Assembly: GCA_973895155.1 (NCBI GenBank)
Contig: OZ316894.1
Span: 8,270,234-8,334,233 of the forward strand
DNA length: 64,000 nucleotides
Direction of reading: 5' to 3'
DNA from: Marsupella aquatica
Taxonomy: Eukaryota; Plantae; Marchantiophyta
The position numbers were made by a program, and so were the translations under genes. Shown here piece after piece: positions 40,966 to 53,249 of this stretch (its first letter is position 1; every line of letters begins with the position of its first letter). The notes under the pieces were generated by a model that did no database searches, was not told the DNA's origin, and worked only from the letters and a program-made list of their open reading frames with translations.

Positions 40966-43529
40966 TCATGAAAAGGAGTTGAAATTTTTTGGTGCCCTGG
41001 ATTTCTTCTTTGGCCTACGTGTTTTAGTGACTTTCGGGACTTCCATGTCAGCTGCTTCACCCCGAGTGATCCTCTTTTCACAAGTAGGGTTTGGGGACAA
41101 TGGATTTCTCTTCCTCTTTCCCCCAATAGTTCCAGATTTCTTCTCGGTCACAAAACTCTCATGCTGTATATCTTCATTCTCCTTCAGCAAAGAACCCTTG
41201 GATTCTTGCTCTATCTTCTCAAGCTTCACAACAATGCCATTCTTGCTAATGTTCTTGTCTATTGTAACCTCTCGAGCTCTAAGGAGCGAATTATCCTCAC
41301 CTTCTGTATCCGAGTCATCCGAGGATAAGAATGAAATGTGCTCATGCTTCATGTCCCTCCCCAAAATAGGCCGAGGAGGGTAGTGCACTAATCCAGATTG
41401 AAACAATGGTTCAGAATCTGAATCACCTGACTTATCCTCCAATACAGTTTCGTTTTGAGCTCCACTAATCTCCATCTGCAGACTTGGTTTGGTATTCTGC
41501 TTCTTAACTCTTCTTGATTCTGTTTGCTCAATCTGTATCACTATCAAGGTATCAAACGCGATATTCAGATTAAGTGCTTGAGAGGTAGGAGGCCTCACAA
41601 AAGTTGGTACTTCACTTCTGAATTCTGCAGACTGTCTAATCTTCAATGGACTTGTAACTTCCAACAGTGGGCTGATGTCTGGAATTGAAGATCCTTGTTT
41701 GCTCTCCAAAGAAGAGATAATTGGCTCATGCTGTCCAGCGTGGGTCATGAAGGAATATGATAAATCAGGTTGCTCATTTACACAACTATCCCACCCATGA
41801 GCCTCAATATCATCAGCAAGCATATTGAAGTGGTCATTTTGTAGCGCAATGATCTGCTGGTCTTGAGCTAGGACCTCCTCTTGCATAGTAGGACCTGAAA
41901 GCATTTGAAATAGAGTTAGACTCGAGATGATCTTTCAATAAGCTGTACATAACATTTCAAACCTTTAGTATCTGAGAACAAATGATCAGATTTGCATTGA
42001 TTTAGAATTAATTTCAAATAAGACATGACCAAAACTGTCAAGAAAGAGAATTAAAAATACATACATGCTCCAGTGAGCTTGTCCATCCTCTTTCGTTCGC
42101 CTTCCTTTGCAGCATTTCCATTTTGAAGCAAAGGTCGCACTCCAACAGACACAAGCCAGTCTTTGTGGAAATCCTTTCCACAAGAAGGAACTTTACAACG
42201 CAAAGCTTGTTTGGCATGTGAAAACATACAAATCATGTGATATGTATGTCCACAACTGGCCACCAAAATGTCATTCAACTTAAAACCATGTCCACAAACA
42301 GGACAGTCATTGACTTCAATGAGCGGATTACAACCAGAGACATAAGATACTTCACTGTTGTAGTCAAGGCAGCTGACTACAGGTTGAGGATAAAAGCAAC
42401 TTCCACCTCCCTCTTTCATCTGTGTAAACTGCTGATCAACAAGGAGAATCTGGGCCATTATATCTTGTACTTTTTGTTTCTTGGCAGCAAGTGTAGCGAG
42501 AGAAACAATGACCTTACTGCTAGCTGTCTCACACTCCTTACGGCTGATGTTGAGCATGCTTAATGCAATCTCGTCACTCTTTGTGGCCCATTCTAGCTTT
42601 TGTTGGACTTCACGGATCTCAGAAGGTGCTGAAACAATGCTAGAGGAATCTATGTTTAGCAGCGTTTGAAAACAGTCATTCTCACAAATTTCTCCATCTC
42701 TAGCAAGTCCTGGTAACTCTCCTTGAAGTCCATGTTTTGTTACCAAATGATTCAGTTCTCTCACTAGTTCTAGTCTATGAGATTCAGAATCAAGATAGAC
42801 TTTCTCTCGACCTTCTAACTGCATTTTGGACACCTGCGAAGTTGCCACATCAGTTGTGTACTGTTCTTGAGACTCTAGAACATTTTTCCTTGCCACAAGC
42901 AAAAACGTCTTCAAGGTTGTTGATAAATCACCCACTCGAGAAATTTCTTCTTCTTTCCAATCTGGAATCTCGGGTAGGCTGATCCGAGTTGGACCTCCAG
43001 AGCAGCTGATCTTCAACGGGATAACTGGCATGCTAGAATCGCCACTCTCCAATTTCACACGTGAAGGGCGCCTTGTGCCGCGAGTACCACATTTTCCAAT
43101 TGCAAGCTGCTGTCCACTTTTAGACTCTTCATGGCCTACTGTACCTTGCTCTTTTCGTTCACGATTTAATGCCTTGGTTGTCTTCAGGTCAGTTGCATAC
43201 CTATGACTATGCACAGCATATTTTGCCCAATCCAAAGCTTGGCCTTTCAGCCAAGCCACCACACCTCGGGCAAAGCATTGGTTTATTGTAGAGTTCATCA
43301 CTTTACTTTTTCCAGTGACTCTTCGATACAACTCCTCAATACTTGAAACCACCTTTGGTTGTGGTTTCCGATCATACCTGTATCCACTCTTGGAATACAT
43401 TGGTCCGAACACTACTTCAATCTCTGCCACAGAAATATCCTCATTTGTCAAAGTTGTGATGTCCATCCCGCCTGTAGCCAAACCTCTATTCTTAACAAAC
43501 CAATGGACATCTCGAATCTCCTCCCCCAT
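40966..43529 (-). CDS. Coiled-coil + RING-H2 protein (putative E3 ligase) with a second disordered exon; Sola2 cargo
   Basis: 492-aa open frame with CPVC...SCGHTYHMIC...CKVPSC (C3H2C3); donor gtatgt at ~42064; 312-aa downstream ORF 40966-41904 with basic NLS-like tail; convergent with the transposase. Confidence 0.75.
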
Positions 43530-43799
43530 GTTGCCAAATTCTTAATCTGCACATTCAATTGCAAGAACAAATCAGCTCCAGCTCATTTGCTAAACCTATA
43601 GGCCACATATATAAATTGAAGTCCATCATGCACAGAGACAGCTAGATACTAAATGACCAAAGAGTGCATCTATCATAGGGCTGATAATCTATATAATGCG
43701 CTTCACGTACACCAGTTTTCTCAGGTAAACAACAACTTAATTAAATAGCAGGGCTTGCTGACAAGCAATCATGTCAAGTAAGCGACATACATGTCTAGA

Positions 43800-44330
43800 C
43801 TTCAGGGACTTAACAGGAAAACAGGAAAACTGGAAACAAGAGTGGACATCGATAACAGGAATCAACAGGAAAATAAGTATACACAACTTCAAGAAAATGA
43901 ACAGGAACAAGGACTCAAGGAGATTAATAGGATAAAGGAAATTTGCATGTACACTTCAAGGAAATTAACAGGAACAAGGACTCGAGAAAGCAAGATGCCT
44001 GGACTCAAGGAAATTAACAGGATAACAGGATTATGTATAGTTCAAGGAAATTAACAGGGAAAAAGGACTCAAGAAAGCTGACAGGATAAAAGGATTACGT
44101 ACACTTCAACAAAAGTACTAGGGAAAAAGGACTGGTATGTATACATCAAGGACATAGGACTAGACATGAAGGAAAATAACAAGGAAGGAGGAAATAGGAC
44201 ACGACACTGTCAAGAAAGCTGGATGACAAGGAACGGGCCAGGAAAATAGAATGGCACTGCTTGTGGATACAGGAAAACAGTCATAACAAAATGTCAAGGA
44301 TAGAGGTCCCGGTAGAATTAAGGAACATGC
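43800..44330. repeat. Degenerate A/G-rich repeat array upstream of the RING ORF
   Basis: Repeated caaggaaattaacaggaacaagga-like units. Confidence 0.7.
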
Positions 44331-45674
44331 ATGACTAGAACTCCAAGGAACAAAGAGCATACTTAGCACGCAAGGAAAAAATAGTAACTTCAATGGACAT
44401 AATCAATCTTCAGAAAATGAACCAGATTTAGCTTCACAAGACACAAGATTTCAAGCTTGACCAAGCAGCAAGAGAGTCGATTCATCTACCTAGCAATCCT
44501 TAGCTTAATTAAGCACACATGACTGGACATAAAAAATGGAACAAGCTAAAATAATGACACGGCGTACATGATTGGGATTCCAGATCAAAGTCGTAAGTTG
44601 AAATTCTGGTGATAAACCTTTTGCTCGATCGGATGCAAGGACAAGTTTGACTGCATGAGGGTTGATCTCAATCTATGAGCTGTATTACGATCATGGCAGA
44701 ATAGAACACACACAACAACACAAATCAGTATGCTGAGAATTGGGGTTCCTGATCTTTGAAACTTACTAATGACATTTAATTAATTAACCTGAATCCTACC
44801 CGGCTTCCTACTTAGATAAACCAGAATCCACGATATTCAAGCTAGGCGCACCAGATTGAGCTTCAAGGGACTACACTTAGGTTAAAGACAGAGATTTCAA
44901 CCTCAGATAGGGTACACCCAAGGATACGTACACCTATCCAACAATCTTCAACTAGTTAAATTAAACGTACATGAATGGACATTGAATAGTTGAAGCGAGA
45001 AGGGACGTACCGAGCTCAAATATAATGACACATACATGTGTCAGTTTTAAGATGAAATTATGTTTATAAACCTTGTATAGAACTGGAATGCAATGACAAC
45101 TTCAACTGCGCGCTGCATGAGCTAATTTCTACAACTTAAACCCTGGAATCATATTAGGGTTGTCTTTGGCAACTAGCGCACCATCTCTAGGGATCTACTC
45201 TTACCAAGAGCTATTGAATCAAGCATAGCTTTGGGCAAATTGAAGCTAGTTACGCACCTTCTCTTTCCACTTGGTTTGCATATCAAGGATGTAAAATATG
45301 CTCACAGGACATTGCGGACATCGAAAGATTTTAAAACTTTTAGTCACCCGTTCATTTTTTATACATCCCGCCCGTGGACCACTAGCCTTGGCGTCGTCAA
45401 TGTCCTGAGTAAAAGAAATACAGTCCACATAATGTTATCATCATGGCTTCTTGATTCTATAACTAAGCAGAAAAACCTGAAATGTCTCGACAATTTAGCT
45501 AGGATTGGGAGGCGCACCTGTTGTTTCCGTATCTTTGATTGAGGACATGTGCAAGACCATACTCGCAGATTGATGGAATGCTTTCAAAGTAAGGTTGAGA
45601 ACTTCAATGATAGGAAGCAGGAATGTCAGAAAAACAAGGGCGCAAAGACCAAGCGGGACGGAAAATTTCAAAAG

Positions 45675-46100
45675 TAGTGGAGTGGAGCCAAGATTGAAAT
45701 GCTCATAAAATCTGCCCAAGTTTCAGCGCAAAATGCAACGCTACGATGAGGTAAAGCCAAGATTGAATCAGCTGGCTCCGAAGTTCCGCCCAGATTTCAG
45801 TGCAAAAAACAACGATGTAATGAGGTTGAGCCAAGACTGATTCGACTAGCTCATAATTTTGACCAAAATTTCAGGGCAGGCGGCAAAGCCAGCATGAGGT
45901 GGAGCCAAGAATTAATCAACTGGCTCATAAAATCAGCCAAAATTTCAGCGCAAATGGCAAAGCAAAGATGAGGTGGAGCTAAAAATAAATCAACCAGCTC
46001 ATCAAATCAGCCCAAATTTCAGCGCAAATAGCAAAGCAGAGATGAGGTGGAGCCAAGATTGAATGAGTTGGCTCATTAGTTCACCCCAAATTTAAGCGCA
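45675..46100. repeat. ~73-bp subterminal tandem repeat, about 6 copies
   Basis: gaggtggagccaagattgaatc...ggctcat...aaatttcagcgcaaa at ~45682, 45751, 45824, 45899, 45973, 46047. Confidence 0.88.
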
Positions 46101-46849
46101 AGAAGATATATTCGTGATTAAAGCTTTTGGATCCTTGCAGAGTTTCGGACACTTGAAAGTTGCTGTAGCATTTGACTTAACGTCCATCGTAGATTGATAT
46201 CTGTATCAAATCCTTACCATCCATTCAAAATAAGACTCATCTTTTATTTCTGACTTGCTTTGATTGCGGCTGGTTTGGTCATTAGTTATACTTTTAAATT
46301 CAAAATTATCAAAGGATTCTAAATACAAAGTCCTTTCATGTAATCCTTGTTTTTCATACTATTAGATACAAGAGAATTCATATCAAAGTCCTTTACTTAG
46401 TTGTTCCTTAAGGGTACACCCAATTGTGAATGGGGCCGTTTGCTTGGAATCCTAAATCCAACAGAGGAATGCGGATTGTGGTCGACTCTTGATTACATGA
46501 TTGGGACCAAGTTACTCACAGTTGGGACTTTGGGCAACTTTTGAAAGTTACAAATGTAAAACCCAATGCACGTATCACTGCCTACATTCATGCGATGATG
46601 CAATGTCCAGAACTGATGTTTTTTTATTTGACATCCATTTTATTGGAGTTTGGATTGCCTTAGAAAAAAATAGAGTCGGGCTAAACGAGAAGTGTGTCAC
46701 ATTTCTTGGTTGGTCCAAAATCGTGGTGCCATTTTATCGCACTTTGCATTCACCTAGAAGACATGACCCCATCAAACACCTAAGCCTTGAATCCATCACA
46801 GGAATGCGCGCTCTGATAATTTTAGCGGATGTACTCTAAACCATCTTCA

Positions 46850-47170
46850 ATCCATTAAAGGAATGAAGACTTCGATAAAATTATTGGAGTCTCAAATAAT
46901 CTTCAATCAATCACAGGAATGGAGACTCCGATAAATTTATCGGAGTCTCAAATAATCTTCAATCCATTAGATGAATGAAGACTCCGATAAATTTATCGGA
47001 GTCTCAACTAATCCTCAATCCGTCAAAGGAATGAAGACTCCGATAAATTTATCAGAGTCTCAAACAATCCTTAATCCGTCAAAAGAATGAAGACTCCGAT
47101 AAATTTATCGGAGTCTCAAATAATTTTTAATCCGTCAAAGGAATGAAGACTCCGATAAATATATCGGACC
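46850..47170. repeat. 56-bp tandem array with palindrome ACTCCGATAAATTTATCGGAGT
   Basis: Six units, core at ~46874, 46930, 46986, 47042, 47098, 47154. Confidence 0.92.
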
Positions 47171-47831
47171 TTGAATATAGTCTATGGAATGAATGCTCAC
47201 TCTTATAATTCTATTTGATGTTCTTCAAACATATTCAATTCTTCAAAGGAATGCAACTGAGGAATGCAGAATGCGATAAATTTATCGCAATCCGCTTGGG
47301 TCAAGACATTGACACCAAGTCAACCTTACATAGATGTTACTCGAACTGGAATGGTAGTTCCGATAAATTTATCGGGTTCTCTGGAGAAAGAGTCAAGTCT
47401 CTTGTGAGGAATGTAAGACTTGATAGGAGTCCAGTATTCGCTCTGAGTGAGGTGTTGTTTGCTCCGGCAAAAATAAACCTTTCATGGGCAGCCCACTCCT
47501 CTTTATATAGGGGATGCTCTAACCATGGTTACTTTTTGCAATAACTCGGGTTAACCATGGTTACATTTGCACTAACCCAGGTTAGTGCGTGGTCGACCCT
47601 CGATTACGTGGTTCGGACCAATTTACTCGCAGTTCGGACTTTTTCACAGACCAAATGTAAAACCCGATGCACGTATCGCTCCCTGCATTCCCGCGGCGAT
47701 GCAATGTAGGCAACTTGTGTTTATTCAATTTTTTGGCAGTTTTATTAGAGATTGCATTGCCTTAGAAAGAAAAATGGAATCGGGCTAAACGAGAAGTGTG
47801 TCACACTTCTCGGTCGGTCCAAAATCGTGTT

Positions 47832-48650
47832 CTAATATTTTCTTTTTAACTGCAACTGAGGGTGAAGAAGGCTTCTTCAAATTCAGCTTTATTTTTGGTA
47901 GATGTTGTGCCTCAGGAATAAGCGAAAGATCCTTGGCCCTCTCGGCCTCCTTCCTCACTGCCTCCACCTTCTCCGCCTCCACCCTCTCTTGTCTTGTGGC
48001 TTCTTCTCTCTCCAGTCTTGCGGAATCGACCTTTTCCGCCTCCAACTTCTCTGCCTCCACCCTCTCCGGTCTTGCAGTCTGTTTGCTCTCGTCCGCCATC
48101 CTCTCGGCCAGCAGTCTCTCAGCCGCCACACTCTCCGCCTTGGCCCTATTTGCCTTTGTCATTAAAAGGACTCTCGCAGACTGGGCTTTCTCAGCCTGGG
48201 CTTTCTCAGCCTTCGCTTTCTCAGCCTCCGCTTTCTCAGCCTCGGCTTTTTCCTTCTTCATCGCGGCAGTTGCTTTTCTAGCTGCCGCCTTTTTTAGCTC
48301 CTCTTGCTGGGCCGCCTCTTGTAGGGCCGCCTCCTGCCGGGCCGCCTCCTCTCAGTCCGCCTCATGTCGAGGCTCCTGTGTGGCCTCTTCATTAGAGTCC
48401 TCAGCGTCCTCAGAACCCTCCATCTCCTCGTTCTCTTCATCAGCGTCCTCAGCGTCCTTCATCTCCTCTCCGTCACTCTCTTCCTCGCTTTTGTTGGAAT
48501 CTCCGACGTTGTTTTGCGTATCGGTCATCCACTCTGGATCTTGGTCATTGACATCCCCATCTGCGTCACCTTCCGCGTCACCTTCCCCCTCACCATCCGC
48601 ATCACCATTGCTCCCTGCATCCTCAACATTGAAGCCGTAGTCGACTTGAT
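47832..48650 (-). pseudogene. Acidic and A/E/K-rich coiled-coil exon of cargo gene
   Basis: GDADGEGEGDAEGDAD acidic tract, then AARQE and AEKAE repeats; one stop at ~48353; acceptor cttcag at ~48651. Confidence 0.75.
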
Positions 48651-48779
48651 CTGAAGAAAATCATATCATTAAATAAGAATGACTCACGCGCATATTCGCG
48701 TGAAAAGAAATGTTAAGAATGTCCACGCGCATGTTCGCGTGACGCAAGAAAAAGTAAGAGGGTTCAAAAGTAACCTACC

Positions 48780-50492
48780 TTGGATTGGCCCACAAGGGTA
48801 CTCCGTTGGTCGAATGTACAATCAATTGGAATCTTCAGAGAGGGCATACTCTTGCAATAATTGATTACAAATATTATCAGGGATATGTTGTTCGTGGAGG
48901 ACATCCAAAACATCAGCCCTGAGAGCAGTTACGGATGGACGGTGCTTCATTAATTTATCTATACATTTTTCTATACTAGCCCGTACTGGGTCAATCAATG
49001 ACAGTGTTGTATCAATTATCGCCATGGTGTGTTGCAAGAAACAAGACAACTCCCTATGCGTTGCCACGAGGCAGTAATATTTTACATTGGATTAACATCC
49101 TATAAAAAAAGCCAAAATTAGTTCACAATATTAATTGAGAAAATAAAAATCGAAATAATCATAAAATCGAAACCCCAAAATATAAATCTCAAAACTTACC
49201 ATTAAGCACTGGATCAAGTTTGTTCCCTCGCCGAAGCATATAGCCCATTCCCCACATTGGACGAATTGACTAACAATACTTTCAAAGAATGGAAGTATCA
49301 TTTTTGGGGAAGGTGTCATGAACTCGCCGCTCTCTTCAAAATTGGCTATCTTCTCAATCCAATATTTGGAGACCAATTGGAACTCGAGGGCTTGTGGATC
49401 GCCCATTGTGCTAAAGGCCAAGCTGTGAAAAGCGTAGGTTACAATAAGCTTCTTCTCCTTTGGCCGCTTCTAAATATAATGGCTATCGACAGCAACGTAG
49501 TGTGTACTTCCCTAATTACCGTTTGATTAAATAAGACTCAACGGGAGAGGCTACAATAATAACCACATGGTGTGGTTTTGCCCCTATCTCGCTAGTAGCA
49601 CAAAATAACCCCTCATAGAATGAGCAATTTGGCGGACGCAAATCTCCCATTGATGAGGAATCAAAATAAATCAAGCTCGCAAGGTTCTTGTCTCCACGTA
49701 TGATATAGTCTGCAAACCTAGCATTTTATATCCTGCAGGGATCGCAATTTCAGCCTCTCACCGACCGGTCGCAATAGTTGGTTTCCTTGACTATCAACTG
49801 ATTTCTGTATTCCTTCCACCAACCTGTGGAATATCGGGTCGATCTCTTTCAACAAATTATCATTACTAATATTTACTTTTAAGCACTTCTTCAGATAACC
49901 ACTCAGCGCATCTCTCAACTGCTTCAGCACCATCTTGTCGAGCTTAAAGTGATCAATCATTCCTTTGACCCGCAATTTCTGCACTGAATCTGTCAGACTT
50001 TTCAGCTCCATCCGGGTGGATGTATCCCCGTTGAGTTTACTCAATAATAAAATCTCAAACTCAACTTTCGTCTTCTTAGAATTGCTCCAAACTCATGCTG
50101 GTCGTTGACAACACCGGAGCCTCAGAGGACGTCCTCGCCTTCCCACATTTCACTTTGATGCTTCGGTTTTTGAGTATAGACAGTCTTCCGCTCAACATAT
50201 ATTCCGCTGCCTTTCAAAGAACCGAGTCCGAGCACCCTTGACAAGAACGGAACGTCTTCTTCAGAAGATGATAAGCACAGGGATTATCCGCAATTTTGAC
50301 GGTGTCCCTCTGTAAAATTCCATTGTAAATTACAAGCTCTCCTGTCCTTGATAGTTCGTAGACCTCCATCCATTTCTTGAATGTTTCGTCCTCTATTGTA
50401 AAGAGAAACGGAGCCAATTCTCCAAATTTCATCATTTCGTTCTTCCCCATTTGAGCCCATGGGCAAACAAAATTCGTAGCTCTCATAAATAC
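48780..50492 (-). pseudogene. Central cargo exons including degenerate N4/N6 DNA methyltransferase-like domain
   Basis: KNLASLIYFDSSSMG and PKMILPFFESIVSQFVQCGEWAICFGEGTNLIQCLM follow beta-class amino-MTase order (motif IV first, then KPxxLxxxLIxxxSxxGDxVLDxFxGSG); several frameshifts. Confidence 0.55.
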
Positions 50493-50624
50493 CTGAAACA
50501 ATGGAAACATGACAATTCTAAGATTGATGTGACCGTTCGCGTGAGAAAAATTCTAAGATTGAAGCGCCAGTTTGCGTGACAAAATTTTTAAAGATAATGT
50601 GATCAAAGAGGGTTATTTATATAC

Positions 50625-51882
50625 CTTCCAATTTGGATGACGATAATGTGATCCAGGCCGCCCAAATGAGTTCCAGACATTACGACACTGTCGTACAATG
50701 GTGAGAAACTATCCTTCTTCCATTGATGTTTGATGACAGTGGTTCAGAGCCTTTGATAGTCCCATCAAATGAACATTATTGTCGTTGTTGAGCGTTGCCC
50801 AAAACATTACAGCTTCTACAGTACCGCATGCGTCTCGTACAACTTGGTTGACTTTGTCGTCCTTTTTCAGCAATTTGTACGCCATTATTGTGTGTTGGTC
50901 TTCGAGTATCCAAAAATGACTGGTCATAATGTCCTCCTCCGTTGGCGCCGAATCGTAGGGCGCCCCATTGTAGTCGGGATCTCTGTCGGACTCCAATTGA
51001 ACCCACTTCATAGGGACTAAAAAGCAGCATCGCTTTTCAAACTTTATAGTTGAATGAGAGAGGAGTGAATTCTTTAGCCTATCTGTGTAATCCTGATTCC
51101 ACTCTCGGCACTTGATGTGGTCCGGTGCAAGATGACAACGGGATGTCTCAACAAAAAATGACTTGCTGTTAAATATATTCACAGCACTATATTCTTTGAG
51201 GAAAGAATCGAACAGAGCCCCGACATTTGCTGAGGTAATTACTTTCGGAAGATTCTTCGCCGAGTATACTTCAACCTTGGTCACTGGGGGGGCCTTTCCT
51301 AAGCAAAATCCCTGGTTGAAAGGAACTCTCTGGAACTCAAGTACGTCAATAATGTATTGACAAATCAAATCTCCCATTGATCCCTCTGGATTGGAAGGGT
51401 ATCCCACACTAGTAACCTTTTCCAAGGCGTGCCTTGCACCTAGAAGATCATCGATTCTGGGCTGATTGAAGGTTACATATTGCGTTCGATCCAAACAAAT
51501 GCTTATTTTGTCCTCCTGCTGGTCGTCGCTGACTAGCAAAACCAATCCCTCTGTACACTCTTTAACTTTCATGCTCTTCTCAAACAAACACCCAAGAATT
51601 TGTGATCTCTCCAAAACTGTAGCTTTATCATTTTTTGCCACCACAAGACGGACAGCCCCATTGCGAATGACTATTCCAAGATCGGATATCTTAGTCGAAT
51701 CAAAGAGATGGATACTCTTTGTCTCCGTTGTTCTCTCTTTGATTGACTTTCCTCGATATGCAAGTATGGATGTCTTCGCGGGAGTCATTCTTGTCTTGGC
51801 TTTCATTCTTGTCTTGGCTTTCTTTTGAGAAGCAGGTTTAGACGAGTCTCTTTTCCGCTTTGAAGTTCCGATAGGATCTATT
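50625..51882 (-). pseudogene. ParB/Srx-like domain exon of cargo gene
   Basis: HLAPDHIKCREWNQDYTDRLKNSL...CFLVP...FWILEDQHTIMAYKLL resembles ParB-N (R...L..SI...IIDGxHRxxA); premature TAG at 50709-50711. Confidence 0.55.
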
Positions 51883-51960
51883 CTGAAACAAACAAATATT
51901 GAAAGTTAAACATTTATTATAAGATACTAACACGCGCATGGTCGCGTTGTGCCGAATTAC

Positions 51961-52450
51961 ATTTTAGGAACGTTTTTCCTGACCCAATCCTTTCGCTCAT
52001 CTTCATCTAACCAAAACCAAAGGTTCCTAAATGTGTCAAGTTCAGATCCTTCAAATCCACGCAGAATGTCCAGCGGCGGGAGTGTTATGATGGATTCTCT
52101 AAATCTGAATGCTATATTTCGTGAAGTCAAATTCCTTCGAAGCGATTCATATCCTGGTCTATCAGTGAAGTCGTAAGCTACCAAGGTGACCGTCGCCCAA
52201 GTACTACTATAAGTAACTATGTGGCACCACTTCTTACTGACTGTTCGAATGGCGATCAAGTCCATGACCCAATTTTTAATCGCATTATCCGACAAATTCC
52301 CAAGACAGTGGAAAAACTCTTTGACTAATGGCCAAATATATTTCTTGACAATATCGTTTGGAAGACCGGGTATCAGGTCTTCAGCTTGACTCCATTTCAT
52401 GTTTCGGTTCATAACCTTTGCACGTGCAATGCGCTCCATCATCCCCTGGG
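51961..52450 (-). CDS. F-box-like exon, probably first exon of the cargo gene
   Basis: LIPGLPNDIVKKYIWPLV...LIAIRTVSKKW; a GTAATT...TTTCAG 78-nt intron (51960-51883) would splice in frame to the ParB-like exon. Confidence 0.6.
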
Positions 52451-53249
52451 CCCCCAGCATTATTAATAATGGGTTGGACGTGCGAACGGATGAAGGGTGC
52501 AAAAAATCTGATTTGAGATTAATTTTTATAATTGACTTAGAAATATCAAGGGATGGTTTTATTCTAAGAACCCTTTCTAACTAATATAGGCTTATATAAA
52601 TGTCGCCCAAGTTAATATGCTTCAAGAGGTGATGTAATATGGATGTGACACGCGTCACAATAGGATTGGTCTTTGTGGCCACCCTTTATTGGAACATGTG
52701 TATATGACATATAATTATGCTTGCAACATCTATGATTCAGAGTAGTTTAGGACTTTGGAGCTTTTGAACCCTGACTACCCTGCCTTGTGGTTCAGAAATG
52801 CCCCAAAGTTGAAGTTTGGGGTTAAAGGGTCACAAACACAAAAATGTATGTACCCAAAACCCTTCCAAAACACTCCCTTCAGTTTTAGAACCATTTGCAC
52901 ATGATGAATTTATAACTTTTCAAGGCTTTCATAAATGGTGTAAAATGTGAAATTATAATATCTCAAAGGGGCAGATTTATTCTCCAAAATTAAGTTTTTA
53001 AGAATAACAAGAGAAATTTTTATAGGCTTCCAAAAATAATAAGGGGTACTAGGGAGGGGGGTGTACGCACGTATACCTCTTTAGTTTACAAAGGCTGGGG
53101 GCCCAGGGCCATCATCATTTGACGATGAGATTTTTGATTCATGTCAAAGGACTGCAACATAATATGGAAAAGATTAAGAACAAGAACCTATCCATTAACA
53201 ATTGGGACCACCTAGATTCTGAGAAAATCTACCAAACCTTTCGATTAGA

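Larger units (their letters stand above)
29734..46437 (+). mobile_element. 16.7-kb Sola2-type TIR transposon with RING cargo
   Basis: TIR GGCC(T/C)CATTCACAATTGG, 17/18; TSD GTTT at 29730-29733 and 46438-46441; excision restores the host repeat unit atcgcatgtttgc(t)tggaatc. Confidence 0.92.
26399..47831. mobile_element. Non-autonomous TIR element, 4-bp TSD, Sola-like (~4.4 kb own sequence)
   Basis: TIR AACACAATTTCCGACCGAATGAGAA vs AACACGATTTTGGACCGACCGAGAA (20/25); TSD CTAA at 26395-26398 and 47832-47835; excision restores the cargo reading frame; GATAAATTTATC arrays in both arms. Confidence 0.85.

Noticed and set aside
46850-47170. CRISPR-like appearance of regularly spaced palindromes
   Set aside because: Spacers are near-identical, no cas genes, eukaryotic context; an ordinary tandem array.
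47798-48640. 280-aa Ser/Ala-rich plus-strand ORF
   Set aside because: Antisense of the AEK-rich cargo exon.
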